From NCBI RefSeq assembly GCF_001194135.2, contig NC_069007.1:4439207-4479801 (forward strand): a stretch of DNA of 40,595 nt, read 5' to 3'. The notes below the pieces were generated by a model, which did no database searches, was not told the origin of the DNA, and saw only the letters and a program-made list of their open reading frames with translations. A program made the translations under genes and the position numbers. The stretch is from Octopus bimaculoides. Taxonomy: Eukaryota. Shown in pieces: positions 23,243 through 34,311 of the stretch (positions are counted from its first letter, which is position 1; each line of letters begins with the position of its first letter).

Positions 23243-23395
23243 TAATGTAGATGAATTTCATGAAGCCATAACATTGATACATTTTAAGAATTGCCACGAC
23301 ATACGGACAGCAAAATTAAGATGAATCGTTCAGATATTATTGTCAAAGACCACTAAAGAAATAATTGTTTCCTAATCAATATATTATTTCCAAAT
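23120..23395 (+). mobile_element. Highly decayed R4/Dong-type REL-domain fragment split by (GA)n
   Basis: IKHYGIFTGK before the (GA)n; HTDSKIKMNRSDIIVKDH*RNNCFLINILFP after it (cf. HTDREIKANRPDIIVKD...CFLIDVSIP). Confidence 0.6.
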
Positions 23396-23448
23396 AACAA
23401 CAACAAACAATGATGATGAAGATGATGATGATAATGATAATGAAGATC

Positions 23449-23485
<37 letters not shown>

Positions 23486-23799
23486 TAGCACAGGGCATAT
23501 TATATGAAGAGGGATATTACAAAGATAATTTTAGAATTTGCGTTGGTGTTTACATAAAAAAGACGAGGGGAAGAAAGGGAGAGGAGGAGTGAGATGAGAT
23601 GGCAAATATGCATAGTATACAAAAATACGAGAACACATACATGATGAAGTTTGCCTGATACAGTGGAGAGCTAAAAAGCCTCACAAATCTAAAAGGATCC
23701 TGGCCACCAAAGGTACAACCTCTTACCTAACTGTTGTTCTCCAGTCTACCAGCGCATGCTTAGAAAAGGTCTATTCGGTCTAAAAAGAATTTCTTTGGC

Positions 23800-23960
23800 A
23801 TAATCACAGATTTTTGGTAAATTCTACAGAGAACACCGTCAACTCAGTCCTCACTTTTCTTTTCAAGTGGAAGGTGAAAGAGTCAAGGAGTCTGGACTGA
23901 AGAGGAAGGTGCCTGTCCATAGTTCTTTCGACCTCGTTCACTACACATCTTTCGCGACGA
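23800..23960 (-). mobile_element. Possible decayed Tx1-like ORF2 C-terminal fragment
   Basis: LDSFTFHLKRKVRTELTVFS resembles FHLKRKLRVEREVLS at ~8070-8110. Confidence 0.45.
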
Positions 23961-23984
23961 CCAACAACAACAACGGTAATAACG

Positions 23985-24238
23985 GTTTCAAGGCTTGTCA
24001 CAAGGCCGGCAATTNNNNNNNNNNNNNNNNNNNNNNNNNNNNNNNNNNNNNNNNNNNNNNNNNNNNNNNNNNNNNNNNNNNNNNNNNNNNNNNNNNNNNN
24101 NNNNNNNNNNNNNNNNNNNNNNNNNNNNNNNGAAAGTCAAAGTCGACATCGGCGGATTTTGAACTCAGACCGTAAAGACCGATAAAATGCTGCTAAGCAT
24201 TTTGCCTGGCGTGCTAGCGATTCTGCCAGCTCACCACC
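23985..24238 (-). mobile_element. S3 SINE spanning an N-gap
   Basis: rc GGTGGTGAGCTGGCAGAATCGCTAGCACGCCAGGCAAAATGCTTAGC...GAGTTCAAAATCCGCCGATGTCGACTTTGAC. Confidence 0.8.
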
Positions 24239-24280
<42 letters not shown>

Positions 24281-24283
24281 TAT

Positions 24284-24330
<47 letters not shown>

Positions 24331-24356
24331 ATAATAATAATAATAATAATAATAAT

Positions 24357-25090
24357 GATAGATCAAACAGCCGAAAGCGACAACTGCAGAATGTGTGGTG
24401 AGAGGGGTGAAACATTATTGCACATTGTCAATGAGTGCCCAAAATTGGCACAACATGAATACAAAAGGCGGTATGAGAATGTGGGAGGAATGATCCATTG
24501 ACAGCATTATGGAAATTATGGCCCAGAAAGATCAAAGACGTGGTTTTTACCAAATCCTATGGGAAGCAATGATTCAATGTGGCCATCAGATTAAACATCG
24601 AAATCCTGACATTGCTGTAGTGAATAGAAGCGAAAAGAAATAAAAAACTTGCCTGATAATCGACATGTCCCGATGACAGCAGGATTGAAGAGGAAGAAGA
24701 AGAAGAAGAAGAGGAAGAAGAAGAAGAAGAGGAAGAAGAAGAAGAGGAAGAAGAAAAAGAAGAATATGTGAACAATTATGATGAATTGAAATGGGAAATA
24801 CGTAGGTTGTAGGCATAAACATAAAAATCATAAAAACAAACATTGCATGTCATATCAATAGTGGTTGGCGCGCTTGGAAATATCAGCATAAAACTACCAA
24901 CGTGGCTCAAAAAAAAGATCGGTACAAATGTAAAGATAGAACAGCAACAAAAAATCATCATTGCTTAACCTCTGCATGCCTCTCGAAGCACGACCAGTAA
25001 GCAAGTGTCTGCTGGTTGTGGACAGCTGACACTTTCCGCCATACCCAGCAAAATAAAGCTGATATTTTTTTCGGAATAAAATAATAATAA
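24357..25090 (+). mobile_element. R4/Dong-type LINE 3' portion (subfamily D) between (TAA)n tracts
   Basis: CRMCGERGETLLHIVNECPKLAQHEYKRRYENVG (CCHC finger); HRNPDIAVVN / CLIIDMS / RIEE(E)n..Y..ELKWEIRRL / VISIVVGALGNI. 3' UTR ends in (TAA)n. In-element (GAA)n expansion at ~24690-24760. Confidence 0.85.
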
Positions 25091-25143
25091 TGATGATGAT
25101 GATGATAATACTACTACTAATGATGATGATGATGAGGAGGAGG

Positions 25144-25180
<37 letters not shown>

Positions 25181-25193
25181 TAATAATAATAAT

Positions 25194-25330
25194 TGCTCAT
25201 TGGTATGTACAAATCCAAATATATGGTACCCTAGGCATAACACCTACATGAACTTCTAACTTGTCTCTTGAGGTCTCTGAGTGAGACTTGGATCCAACTT
25301 GTACAAATGCAAAGCAAAAGTCAAAAATAA

Positions 25331-25365
<35 letters not shown>

Positions 25366-25817
25366 TAATAATAATAATTGCTCATTGGTATGTACAAATT
25401 CAAATATATGGTACCCTAGGCATAACACCTACATGAACTTCTAACTTGTCTCTTGAGGTCTCTGGGTGAGACTTGGAGCCAACTTGTACAAATGCAAAGC
25501 AAAAGTCAAACATAAAATAATAATAATNNNNNNNNNNNNNNNNNNNNNNNNNNNNNNNNNNNNNNNNNNNNNNNNNNNNNNNNNNNNNNNNNNNNNNNNN
25601 NNNNNNNNNNNNNNNNNNNNNNNNNNNNNNNNNNNNNNNNNNNNNNNNNNNNNNNNNNNNNNNNNNNNNNNNNNNNNNNNNNNNNNNNNNNNNNNNNNNN
25701 NNNNNNNNNNNNNNNNNNNNNNNNNNNNNNNNNNNNNNNNNNNNNNNNNNNNNNNNNNNNNNNNNNNNNNNNNNNNNNNNNNNNNNNNNNNNNNNNNNNN
25801 NNNNNNNNNNNNGGAGG

Positions 25818-25854
<37 letters not shown>

Positions 25855-25988
25855 TAATAATAATAATTGCTCATTGGTATGTACAAATCCAAATATATGG
25901 TACCCTAGGCATAACACCTACATGAACTTCTAACTTGTTGTCTCTTGACGTCTCTGGGTGAGACTTGGATCCAACTTGTACAAATGCA
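25194..25988 (+). repeat. ~185-bp tandem unit (LINE-3'-end-like sequence plus (TAA)n), at least 3 copies around an N-gap
   Basis: TGCTCATTGGTATGTACAAAT...GAGGTCTCTGGGTGAGACTTGG...GTACAAATGC starts at 25194, 25379 and 25868. Confidence 0.9.
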
Positions 25989-26722
25989 GATTCTGCGATA
26001 AATTTGATGAAGCAATAGACCATCTCTTCTCGGGATGCCCTGTGCTGACACCAAACGAATACAAAAATTGCCACGATAGGGTAGGACTGTATTTGCATTG
26101 GAAAATATATAAACACCACAACATGATCACTTCTGCTCATTGGTATGAACATCATTCTGAGCGAGTCGTTGGAGGCAAAGATTTTCACTAGCCTCTGGGA
26201 TTTTCCAGTCAACACCACAGAACGATCCAGGATAATCGACCAAACATAATTATTAAAGACAGGGACGGAAATACTTGTAAACTAATAGATGTAAGTGTTC
26301 CCACTGATAAAAATATATCTGTAAAGGAATTTGACAAATTAAATAAATATAAGGACCTGGAAATTGAAATACAAAAGATGCGGCATCTTAAAACGAGAAC
26401 TGTTCCTGTTACTGTGGGTGCCCTATGTATGACAAGAAAGGGATGTCACAAACATCTAGATAATATCCAAGGAGAACCATGTCTCAGAGAAATCCAAAAG
26501 ATTGTGATGACGAGTACTGCCCACATCCTTAGAAAAACCCTATCCATTTAAATGTCTGTGTTGTGTTACATGACGATATTTTACTACTGTCCCTGTCCCT
26601 TCCCCTCTACAAGCTTTCAGTCATACTGCAATATTTCTTATGCTTCACTTGCCCCAGGACACTGGGTGTGTCTTAGCAAGGGATCGTAACGAACATGTAG
26701 ATTAAAAGTAAATAATAATAAT
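25975..26722 (+). mobile_element. R4/Dong-type LINE 3' portion (subfamily A), second copy
   Basis: KCRFCDKFDEAIDHLFSGCPVLTPNEYKNCHDRVG...AHWYEHH / NRPNIIIKD / VSVPTDKNISVKEFDKLNKYKDLEIEIQKM / TAHILRKTLSI* (stop 26549-26551). 3' UTR homologous to 9700-9835. Confidence 0.92.
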
Positions 26723-26724
26723 GA

Positions 26725-26775
26725 TTTCATTTATTTGCCAAAAGGGCGAAGGATGAGGGGACAATACAAAGACAG
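26725..26775 (-). mobile_element. Tx1-like LINE extreme 3' end
   Basis: TTTATTTGCCAAAAGGGCGAAGGATGAGGGGACAA matches 7698-7740 and rc 38730-38765. Confidence 0.75.
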
Positions 26776-26969
26776 ACATAATAATAATAATAATAACAAC
26801 AACAACAACAACAATGTATAAAATGTTAACATCTGTCGTGACTGAATATACCTATAGTTTTTTTTTTAATAGAAAGCGACATATTCGCTAATGTGCAAAA
26901 AGGATGTAAACGTGAGTCCTGTGGTTGTGAAGATCAGCCATTTATCAATAAGATGATCTTGGAAGATTG

Positions 26970-27042
<73 letters not shown>

Positions 27043-27142
27043 NNNNNNNNNNNNNNNNNNNNNNNNNNNNNNNNNNNNNNNNNNNNNNNNNNNNNNNNNN
27101 NNNNNNNNNNNNNNNNNNNNNNNNNNNNNNNNNNNNNNNNNN

Positions 27143-27203
<61 letters not shown>

Positions 27204-27235
27204 AACATACACACACATATATATATATTCTTTAT

Positions 27236-27451
27236 TCTTTTATTCTTTTACATGTTTCAGTCATTTGATTGAGGCCATGCTGGAGTATCGCCTCAAAGGG
27301 TTTTTCAGGAGAAGAAATCGACCCCAGGACTCATTATTTGTAAGCCTAGTACTTATTCTATCGAATTTCTTTGTCGAACCGCTAAGTTGCGGCGACATAA
27401 ACACACCAATATCGGTTGTCACGCGATGGTCAGGGGACAAACACAGACACG

Positions 27452-27470
<19 letters not shown>
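27236..27470 (-). mobile_element. S1 SINE 3' half (followed by an S1 head fragment on + at ~27494-27540)
   Basis: Homology to the S1 3' end; ends in (AC)n. Confidence 0.85.
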
Positions 27471-27495
<25 letters not shown>

Positions 27496-27943
27496 CAGGA
27501 GTGGCTGTGTGGTAAGAAGCTTGCTTCCTAACCACGTTGTTATTTCGTCGCTTTATCAAGTCAAGTGTCTTTATTTTGTGAAATTTATTTTGCAAAAATT
27601 GAAAACTAATAAATTACATCAACTTTAAGTATCTATCCCGCTGTGACGGATTTAGAGCAAAGATTAAACAATTTAAACCCAGAAAGAATTTGGGGGATTG
27701 GGGGAAGGACCAATGAAGAGTACTTGTAGGGGCTTTACTGGATTATAAAATTACTAAAAGCACATCATTTGATACCATTAAATAACAGCGCCAACAGTTC
27801 ATTTTCTGTCTCTCTCTCTCTCTTTCTCAGCATGTAGTTGAGCTTGTGCCCACCGCTAACTGATAACTGGTCTTCGATTGAATACGTTCTCATAGCAGAG
27901 CGGTTGGGCAGAAAAGGCTGATTGAATAACTACTAGATTTACA

Positions 27944-28330
27944 AGGCGCAGGAGTGGCCGTGTGGTAAGTAGCTTGCTTACCAGCCACATGGTTCCGGGT
28001 TCAGTCCCACTGCGTGGCACCTTGGGCAAGTGTCTTCTACGATAGCCTCGGGCCGACCAAAGCCTTGTGAGTGGATTTGGTAGACGGAAACTGAAAGAAG
28101 CCCGTCGTATATATGTATATGCATATGTGTGTGTGTATGTTTGTGTGTCTGTGTTTGTCCCCCCAACATCGCTAGACAACCGATGCTGGTGTGTTTATGT
28201 CCCCGTAACTTAGCGGTTCGGCAAAAGAGACCGATAGAATATGTACTAGGCTTACAAAGAATGAGTCCTGGGCTCGATTTGCTCGACTAAAGGCGGTGCT
28301 CCAGCATGGCCGCAGTCAAATGTAAAAGAG
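27944..28330 (+). mobile_element. S1 SINE, near full length
   Basis: Close match to 2496-2900 across head, CORE-like segment, internal TA/TG tract and 3' end. Confidence 0.93.
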
Positions 28331-28999
28331 TATATATATATATATATNNNNNNNNNNNNNNNNNNNNNNNNNNNNNNNNNNNNNNNNNNNNNNNNNNNNN
28401 NNNNNNNNNNNNNNNNNNNNNNNNNNNNNNNNNNNNNNNNNNNNNNNNNNNNNNNNNNNNNNNNNNNNNNNNNNNNNNNNNNNNNNNNNNNNNNNNNNNN
28501 NNNNNNNNNNNNNNNNNNNNNNNNNNNNNNNNNNNNNNNNNNNNNNNNNNNNNNNNNNNNNNNNNNNNNNNNNNNNNNNNNNNNNNNNNNNNNNNNNNNN
28601 NNNNNNNNNNNNNNNNNNNNNNNNNNNNNNNNNNNNNNNNNNNNNNNNNNNNNNNNNNNNNNNNNNNNNNNNNNNNNNNNNNNNNNNNNNNNNNNNNNNN
28701 NNNNNNNNNNNNNNNNNNNNNNNNNNNNNNNNNNNNNNNNNNNNNNNNNNNNNNNNNNNNNNNNNNNNNNNNNNNNNNNNNNNNNNNNNNNNNNNNNNNN
28801 NNNNNNNNNNNNNNNNNNNNNNNNNNNNNNNNNNNNNNNNNNNNNNNNNNNNNNNNNNNNNNNNNNNNNNNNNNNNNNNNNNNNNNNNNNNNNNNNNNNN
28901 NNNNNNNNNNNNNNNNNNNNNNNNNNNNNNNNNNNNNNNNNNNNNNNNNNNNNNNNNNNNNNNNNNNNNNNNNNNNNNNNNNNNNNNNNNNNNNNNNNN

Positions 29000-29059
29000 G
29001 TGTGAGTGTGCGTGTGCGTGTGTGAGTGTATATATACATATATATATATGTGTGTGTGA

Positions 29060-29112
<53 letters not shown>

Positions 29113-29418
29113 AGTGTATATATATATATATATATATGCGTGTGCGCGCGAGGACATGTGTTTACCTTGTGCGTTTATATGCAGAAACATATACGCACTA
29201 TACACACAAACACGCACACACACACACATATATATAATGTGTATATGTACTTATATATACGTGTGTGTGTGTGTATAGACATATATACATACACACACAC
29301 ATACACATTTATGTTTGTGTGCATTATACACGTGAGCGTATTACTGGTTGTGTCCGTGTGAGTATGTATACATGTTTATGTGTCTGCGTGTGCGTGTATG
29401 CGTGTGTTTGCGTATATG

Positions 29419-29457
<39 letters not shown>

Positions 29458-29520
29458 GTGAGTGTATATATACATATATATATATATGTGTGTGCGTGTG
29501 TGTAGTTACATGCAGATATG
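29000..29520. repeat. (GT)n/(AT)n microsatellite field
   Basis: Direct reading. Confidence 0.9.
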
Positions 29521-29599
29521 CACGTGTATATAAAAGTAGATGCGTATATTTACGCAAGTCTGACCCTTTCACCCCGTTAATAGCTTCAACTAGACAAAC

Positions 29600-29750
29600 C
29601 CACCGCCACACCAGCCAGACCGCTCAACTGGCCTATCAGCTCACCGGCCGACCAACCGTCCTACCAGCCAGCCGACCGTCCGACCGACCGACCGACCGAC
29701 AGACCTACCGACCGACCAGGCAACCGACGAATCGACCAGCCCTCAACTCG
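29600..29750. repeat. Degenerate (ACCG)n tetranucleotide tract
   Basis: CCGACCGACCGACCGACCGACAGACC...; GC-rich relative to its surroundings. Confidence 0.85.
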
Positions 29751-29825
29751 ATCTTGCAATCTCCCCTGCNNNNNNNNNNCAATGCCGTTAACACGATTCC
29801 AGCAAAAAAAGAAAGACGGTAAAAT

Positions 29826-29863
<38 letters not shown>

Positions 29864-30109
29864 GTATGCGTAAAAACGCATAGACCTAGAAGAACGTGTG
29901 CAGGAATATGTACACGCATACGCTATTAGATATTGCAAAAGTGCAGGATCTGCGTAGCTTATATAATATCTGTCTGTCTGTCTGTCTGTCTGTCAGCTTC
30001 TCCGTCTGTCTGCCTTGGTGTCTGTCTATCTATCTATCCATCTACACACACTCGTGCATGTGTGTGCGTCTCTCATTGTATCCATACCTATCAATCTTTC
30101 TCTACTATA

Positions 30110-30110
30110 C

Positions 30111-30159
<49 letters not shown>

Positions 30160-30355
30160 TATATATAATATATATATATATACATATAATATATATATAT
30201 ATCATATATATATATATCATAAATATATATAATATATATATAATATATATATCATATATATATATATCATATATATATCTACATATATAAATATATATAT
30301 CATATATATGTATATATATCATATATATATAATATATATATCATATATATATATC

Positions 30356-30388
<33 letters not shown>

Positions 30389-30800
30389 CGTATATATATA
30401 TACATATATATGCATATATATATACATATATATACATATATATATATACGTATATATATATACATATATATGCATATATATATACATATATATATGCATA
30501 TATATATACATATATATGCATATATATACATATATATGCATATATATACATATATATGCATATATATACATATATATATGTATATATATATACACATATA
30601 TACACATATATGTATATACATATATATGCATATATATGTATATATATATGTATATATATGTATGTATATGTATATCTATATATATATGTATATATATGTA
30701 TATATATGCATATATATGCATATATATATGTATATATATATGTATGTATATGTATATATATATATGTATATATATGTATATATATGCATATATATATAAG
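30110..30800. repeat. AT-based complex microsatellite with ~10-bp higher-order units (TATATATGCA / TATATATACA)
   Basis: Direct reading. Confidence 0.9.
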
Positions 30801-31089
30801 GTAGGTATGTAGGGTGTGTACATAATGTAAACATAGCAATACAAAATAAAACTGATGAAACATAAGGAGGGCGTAGGAGACGTGGTGAATCGTTGAAGGG
30901 TGACAGTGGGAGTGAAGGCTCAATAAGAGGAGTAGGAGTGGATGAAGAAATCGAGTGTGGCTGGTGGGGGAGTGGAGTGGTTTTGGAGGGGGGGGGGTAA
31001 CTGAAGAAGTTTCCAGAAAATGGAGAATGTAGACTTTATCAATAACAGTCTGGCGAGGAAGGGAGAAGAGGGGGAGGACGAAGAGGACT

Positions 31090-31560
31090 GTGATGGTTTA
31101 GATAATGATGATGATGATAGTGATGGTGATGATAGTGATGGTGATGATAATGATGATGATGTTAGCGATGTTGGTGATAATGATGATGACGACGTTGGTG
31201 ATAATGATGATGGTGATGATGGCGATGGTGATCAGGATGATAATGATGATGATGATGATGATGGTAATGGTAATGGTGATAATGATGATGGTGATGATGA
31301 TGATGGTAATGTTGATCAGGATGATGATCGTGCTGACGATGATGACGACAACGAGGTTGACGGTGGTAATGATGACGATGACAATCATGATAAAGAAGAG
31401 TTAGTGCAGGAGGAGAAGATGAAGATTTATGATTATGATGATGATTATGATGATGATGATGATGAACGATGATGATGATGATGATGATCATGATGATCAT
31501 GACGACAACGATAAAGAAGGAGAGGATGATAGAAGAAGAAGAAGAAGAAGAAGGAAAAGA
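31090..31560. repeat. Degenerate (GAT)n then (GAA)n tract
   Basis: Direct reading; produces the Asp-rich 150-aa ORF and the poly-Met/Ile/His frames. Confidence 0.9.
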
Positions 31561-31699
31561 AGATGACGGAAGAAACGAAAAAAGAGGAGAGGGAGGAGTT
31601 AGAAGATAAAGACGTGGAATAAGTGGCTAGAAAAAAAAATTAGAAGTTGAAGAGTAGGCAAAAAATAAAATAACACCCATTGACCCCCTCAGATTTTGC

Positions 31700-31985
31700 C
31701 TTGTATTTTATTTTATCGACCCCTGACGGATGAAAAGTAAAGTTAACCTTGGCGGCATTTGAAACGAGAACGTAAAAAGCCAGAAGGAGTGTACCAAGGC
31801 ATTTTGTTCGACATACCCCGCCCTCATAATCATTATAATTGCTCATAACATAGAGCAGAAGGCCACACGTTTAGGAGAAAGGTTAGACTGTTATTAGTAC
31901 TTGACTAGTAATTTATCTTATCGACCCCGGAAAGATGAAACGTAATGCTGACCTTGGCAGCATTTGAACTCAGAACCTAAAAAAG
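31700..31985 (-). mobile_element. Two decayed S3 SINE fragments
   Basis: TTTTATCGACCCCTGACGGATGAAAAGTAAAGTTAACCTTGGCGGCATTTGAA and TTATCGACCCCGGAAAGATGAAA...GACCTTGGCAGCATTTGAACTCAGAAC. Confidence 0.7.
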
Positions 31986-31986
31986 C

Positions 31987-32078
31987 CTGTGAATCTGAGA
32001 GGGGAATATGTTAAATAAAATCATGATTACGGATGCTCCTGTATTTTCCAATACCCAAAACCAGGAACTGTTCAACAT
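31987..32078 (+). mobile_element. Mariner-derived MITE, right half
   Basis: TGTGAATCTGAGAGGGGAATATGTT...CCTGTATTTT...CCAGGAACT, homologous to 32880-32970. Confidence 0.75.
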
Positions 32079-32761
32079 ATGTATATATATATATATATAT
32101 ATAAGTTCAAAAAAGGAAAACGACAAAAAAACAAAAAACAACGTGAGGACGTGATACAGATTGTGTTACTGGACGCTCAGGAAAGGAAAGAAAGAGAATT
32201 TGACGTTTCGAGCGGAGCTCTTCGTCGGAAACAAGGGAAAGTCCAAAGAAGGGAAAAACGGAGGAAGAAAAAATTGCCAACGACATCCACGAGGTTACAT
32301 TTTAATTGACACACACANNNNNNNNNNNNNNNNNNNNNNNNNNNNNNNNNNNNNNNNNNNNNNNNNNNNNNNNNNNNNNNNNNNNNNNNNNNNNNNNNNN
32401 NNNNNNNNNNNNNNNNNNNNNNNNNNNNNNNNNNNNNNTATATATATATTATTTTGCTTAAAAGAGTTCCAACACTGTCTGATTTTTATGTTTTATTTAT
32501 ATTCCTGCAGAACCAATGTGGGGTATAGAATATGGAATATACAATATATAATATAATATACAATATATAATATAAAATAAAATAAAATAAAAATGGATGG
32601 CACCATGAAAGAAAGTATTGAATGTAGATGAAATATTGAGTGTTCAATATAAAGGATCAAATATATATATATATATAAAGGCGACTCGAGTTTCAGGGCT
32701 ATTTCCCTTCGTCATGGCCGGTATGACAGACTTTATATATATATACACACACATACAGACA

Positions 32762-32984
32762 TACGAAGGGCTGCTGTAAAGTTACTGGCTTTAAGGGTAT
32801 CGCGAAAAGGCCTGGTTGGAGGTCCATTCTTCCGAGTTCTTTTACAAGGCATAGAAAACCCGAAAGACGGCTGCAATAAGTGTGTGAATCTGAGAAGAGA
32901 ATGTGTTGAATAGAATCATAATTAGCTGATCCTCCTGTTCTTTCTTTTACCCTCAACCAGGAACTTTTCGGCCCATAGTCATAT
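32762..32984 (+). mobile_element. Mariner-derived MITE (~220 bp)
   Basis: TA-bounded degenerate TIRs (TACGAAGGGCTGCTGTAAAGTTACTGGCT / AACCAGGAACTTTTCGGCCCATAGTCATA). Interior encodes QGIENPKDGCNKCVNLRRECVE*, a mariner-like transposase C-terminus. Confidence 0.75.
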
Positions 32985-33152
32985 CTATCCCATCCAGCCA
33001 AGAACAAATGCTGACGAAGTGCCAGTTCAATCCTATTGATTGGCACTATGCGCTTTTAATCGTCATAACCTGAGACACACCAGAGAATCGTGAGTAAAAC
33101 TTATTGGAGAAACGTGTATAAAATTGTGACGAAGCCAGCTTCAGCGACCTCT

Positions 33153-33250
33153 ATCTGCTCTTGGTTGGATGGAATAGATATGAGTGTGGGCTGAAAAATT
33201 TCTGGCTTTGAGTTAAAAGAAAATACAGGAGGTTCAGTTAATTATCATAA
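33153..33250 (-). mobile_element. Inverted partial copy of the MITE right end plus flank
   Basis: Reverse complement of 32915-33010. Confidence 0.75.
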
Positions 33251-33315
33251 ACATGAGTGAAACACAATAAGCGCGTAGCCACGTTCTTCATCTGAGAATC
33301 CGAAGTGATCTTATT

Positions 33316-33707
33316 CGTTGTTGTTGTTGGCACTCCGTCGCTGACGACGTCGAGGGTTCCAGTTGATCCGATCAACGGAACAGCCTGTTCGTGAAATTAA
33401 CGTGCAAGTGGCTGAGCACTCCACAGACACGTGTACCCTTAACGTAGTTCTCGGGGATATTCAGCGTGACACAGTGTGACAAGGCTGGCCCTTTTGAATT
33501 ACAGGCACAACAGAAACAGGAAGTAAGAGTGAGAGAAAGTTGTGGTGAAAGAGTACAGCAGGGTTCGCCACCATCCCCTGCCGGAGCCTCGTGGAGCTTT
33601 AGGTGTTTTCGCTCAATAAACACTCACAACGCCCGGTCTGGGAATCGAAACCGCGATCCTATGAGCGCGAGTCCGCTGCCCTAACCACTGGGCCATTGCG
33701 CCTCCAC
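33316..33707 (-). mobile_element. S2 SINE, full length, 10-bp TSD
   Basis: Perfect TSD TGATCTTATT at 33306-33315 and 33708-33717; (AAC)n tail. Confidence 0.95.
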
Positions 33708-34129
33708 TGATCTTATTTATCCACACAGCATTAAGCACATTGAATTTGCGCAAGAAGCAAACGCGCGTCCTAACGCACGCACACAAACCTGCGTACGCAA
33801 ACACACACACACACAGTAAAAACACACAAACACACAAATGCGCGTGCACGCACACACACACACACACTCAAATGTGGGGTGCATGGCCTCTACATTAAGC
33901 AGTTCACTTTACAGTGTGTCACGTGATTCGGGGTTCAAACGTACTTCGTCTGTCTGTGTGTATCTATCTCTCGCTACGATTGCAGTGCCCTCTACGAAAT
34001 CTGAGAGCAAACGATGCAAAGCAAGATCTTAATCCGAGAGTAGTTGTAGCGTGGAAAACACGTTCATGTGGCTCAGCATGAATCATCCGAAGAATTCTCA
34101 ATGTGGGCACACTGCACGGGCTGTGAGGT

Positions 34130-34269
34130 TATAACTGCGCTTCACAACCACACAGATCCAGGTTCAGTTCCACTGCGTGGCATCTTGTACAAGTGACTTC
34201 TACTATAGCTTCGATCCGACCAAAGCCTTGTGAATGGATCTGGTAGACGGAAGCTGGAAGAAGCCTGTC

Positions 34270-34272
<3 letters not shown>
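34130..34272 (+). mobile_element. Degenerate S1 SINE 5' part
   Basis: GGTTCAGTTCCACTGCGTGGCATCTTGTACAAGTGACTTCTACTATAGCTTCGATCCGACCAAAGCCTTGTG...GGTAGACGGAAG. Confidence 0.8.

Positions 34273-34311
<39 letters not shown>

Noticed and set aside
27806-27870. Strong-looking acceptor (CT)nTTTCTCAG as the start of a host exon
   Set aside because: The pyrimidine tract is a (CT)n microsatellite; the obvious frame gives HVVELVPTAN* and no recognisable protein.
31020-31472. 150-aa Asp-rich ORF as an acidic (biomineralisation-like) protein
   Set aside because: Built on a degenerate (GAT)n tract with several overlapping frames open; no signal peptide or domain; similar tracts occur elsewhere in the window.
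32699-33046. 115-aa minus-strand ORF
   Set aside because: Antisense to the mariner MITE and (TA/CA)n; no recognisable domain.
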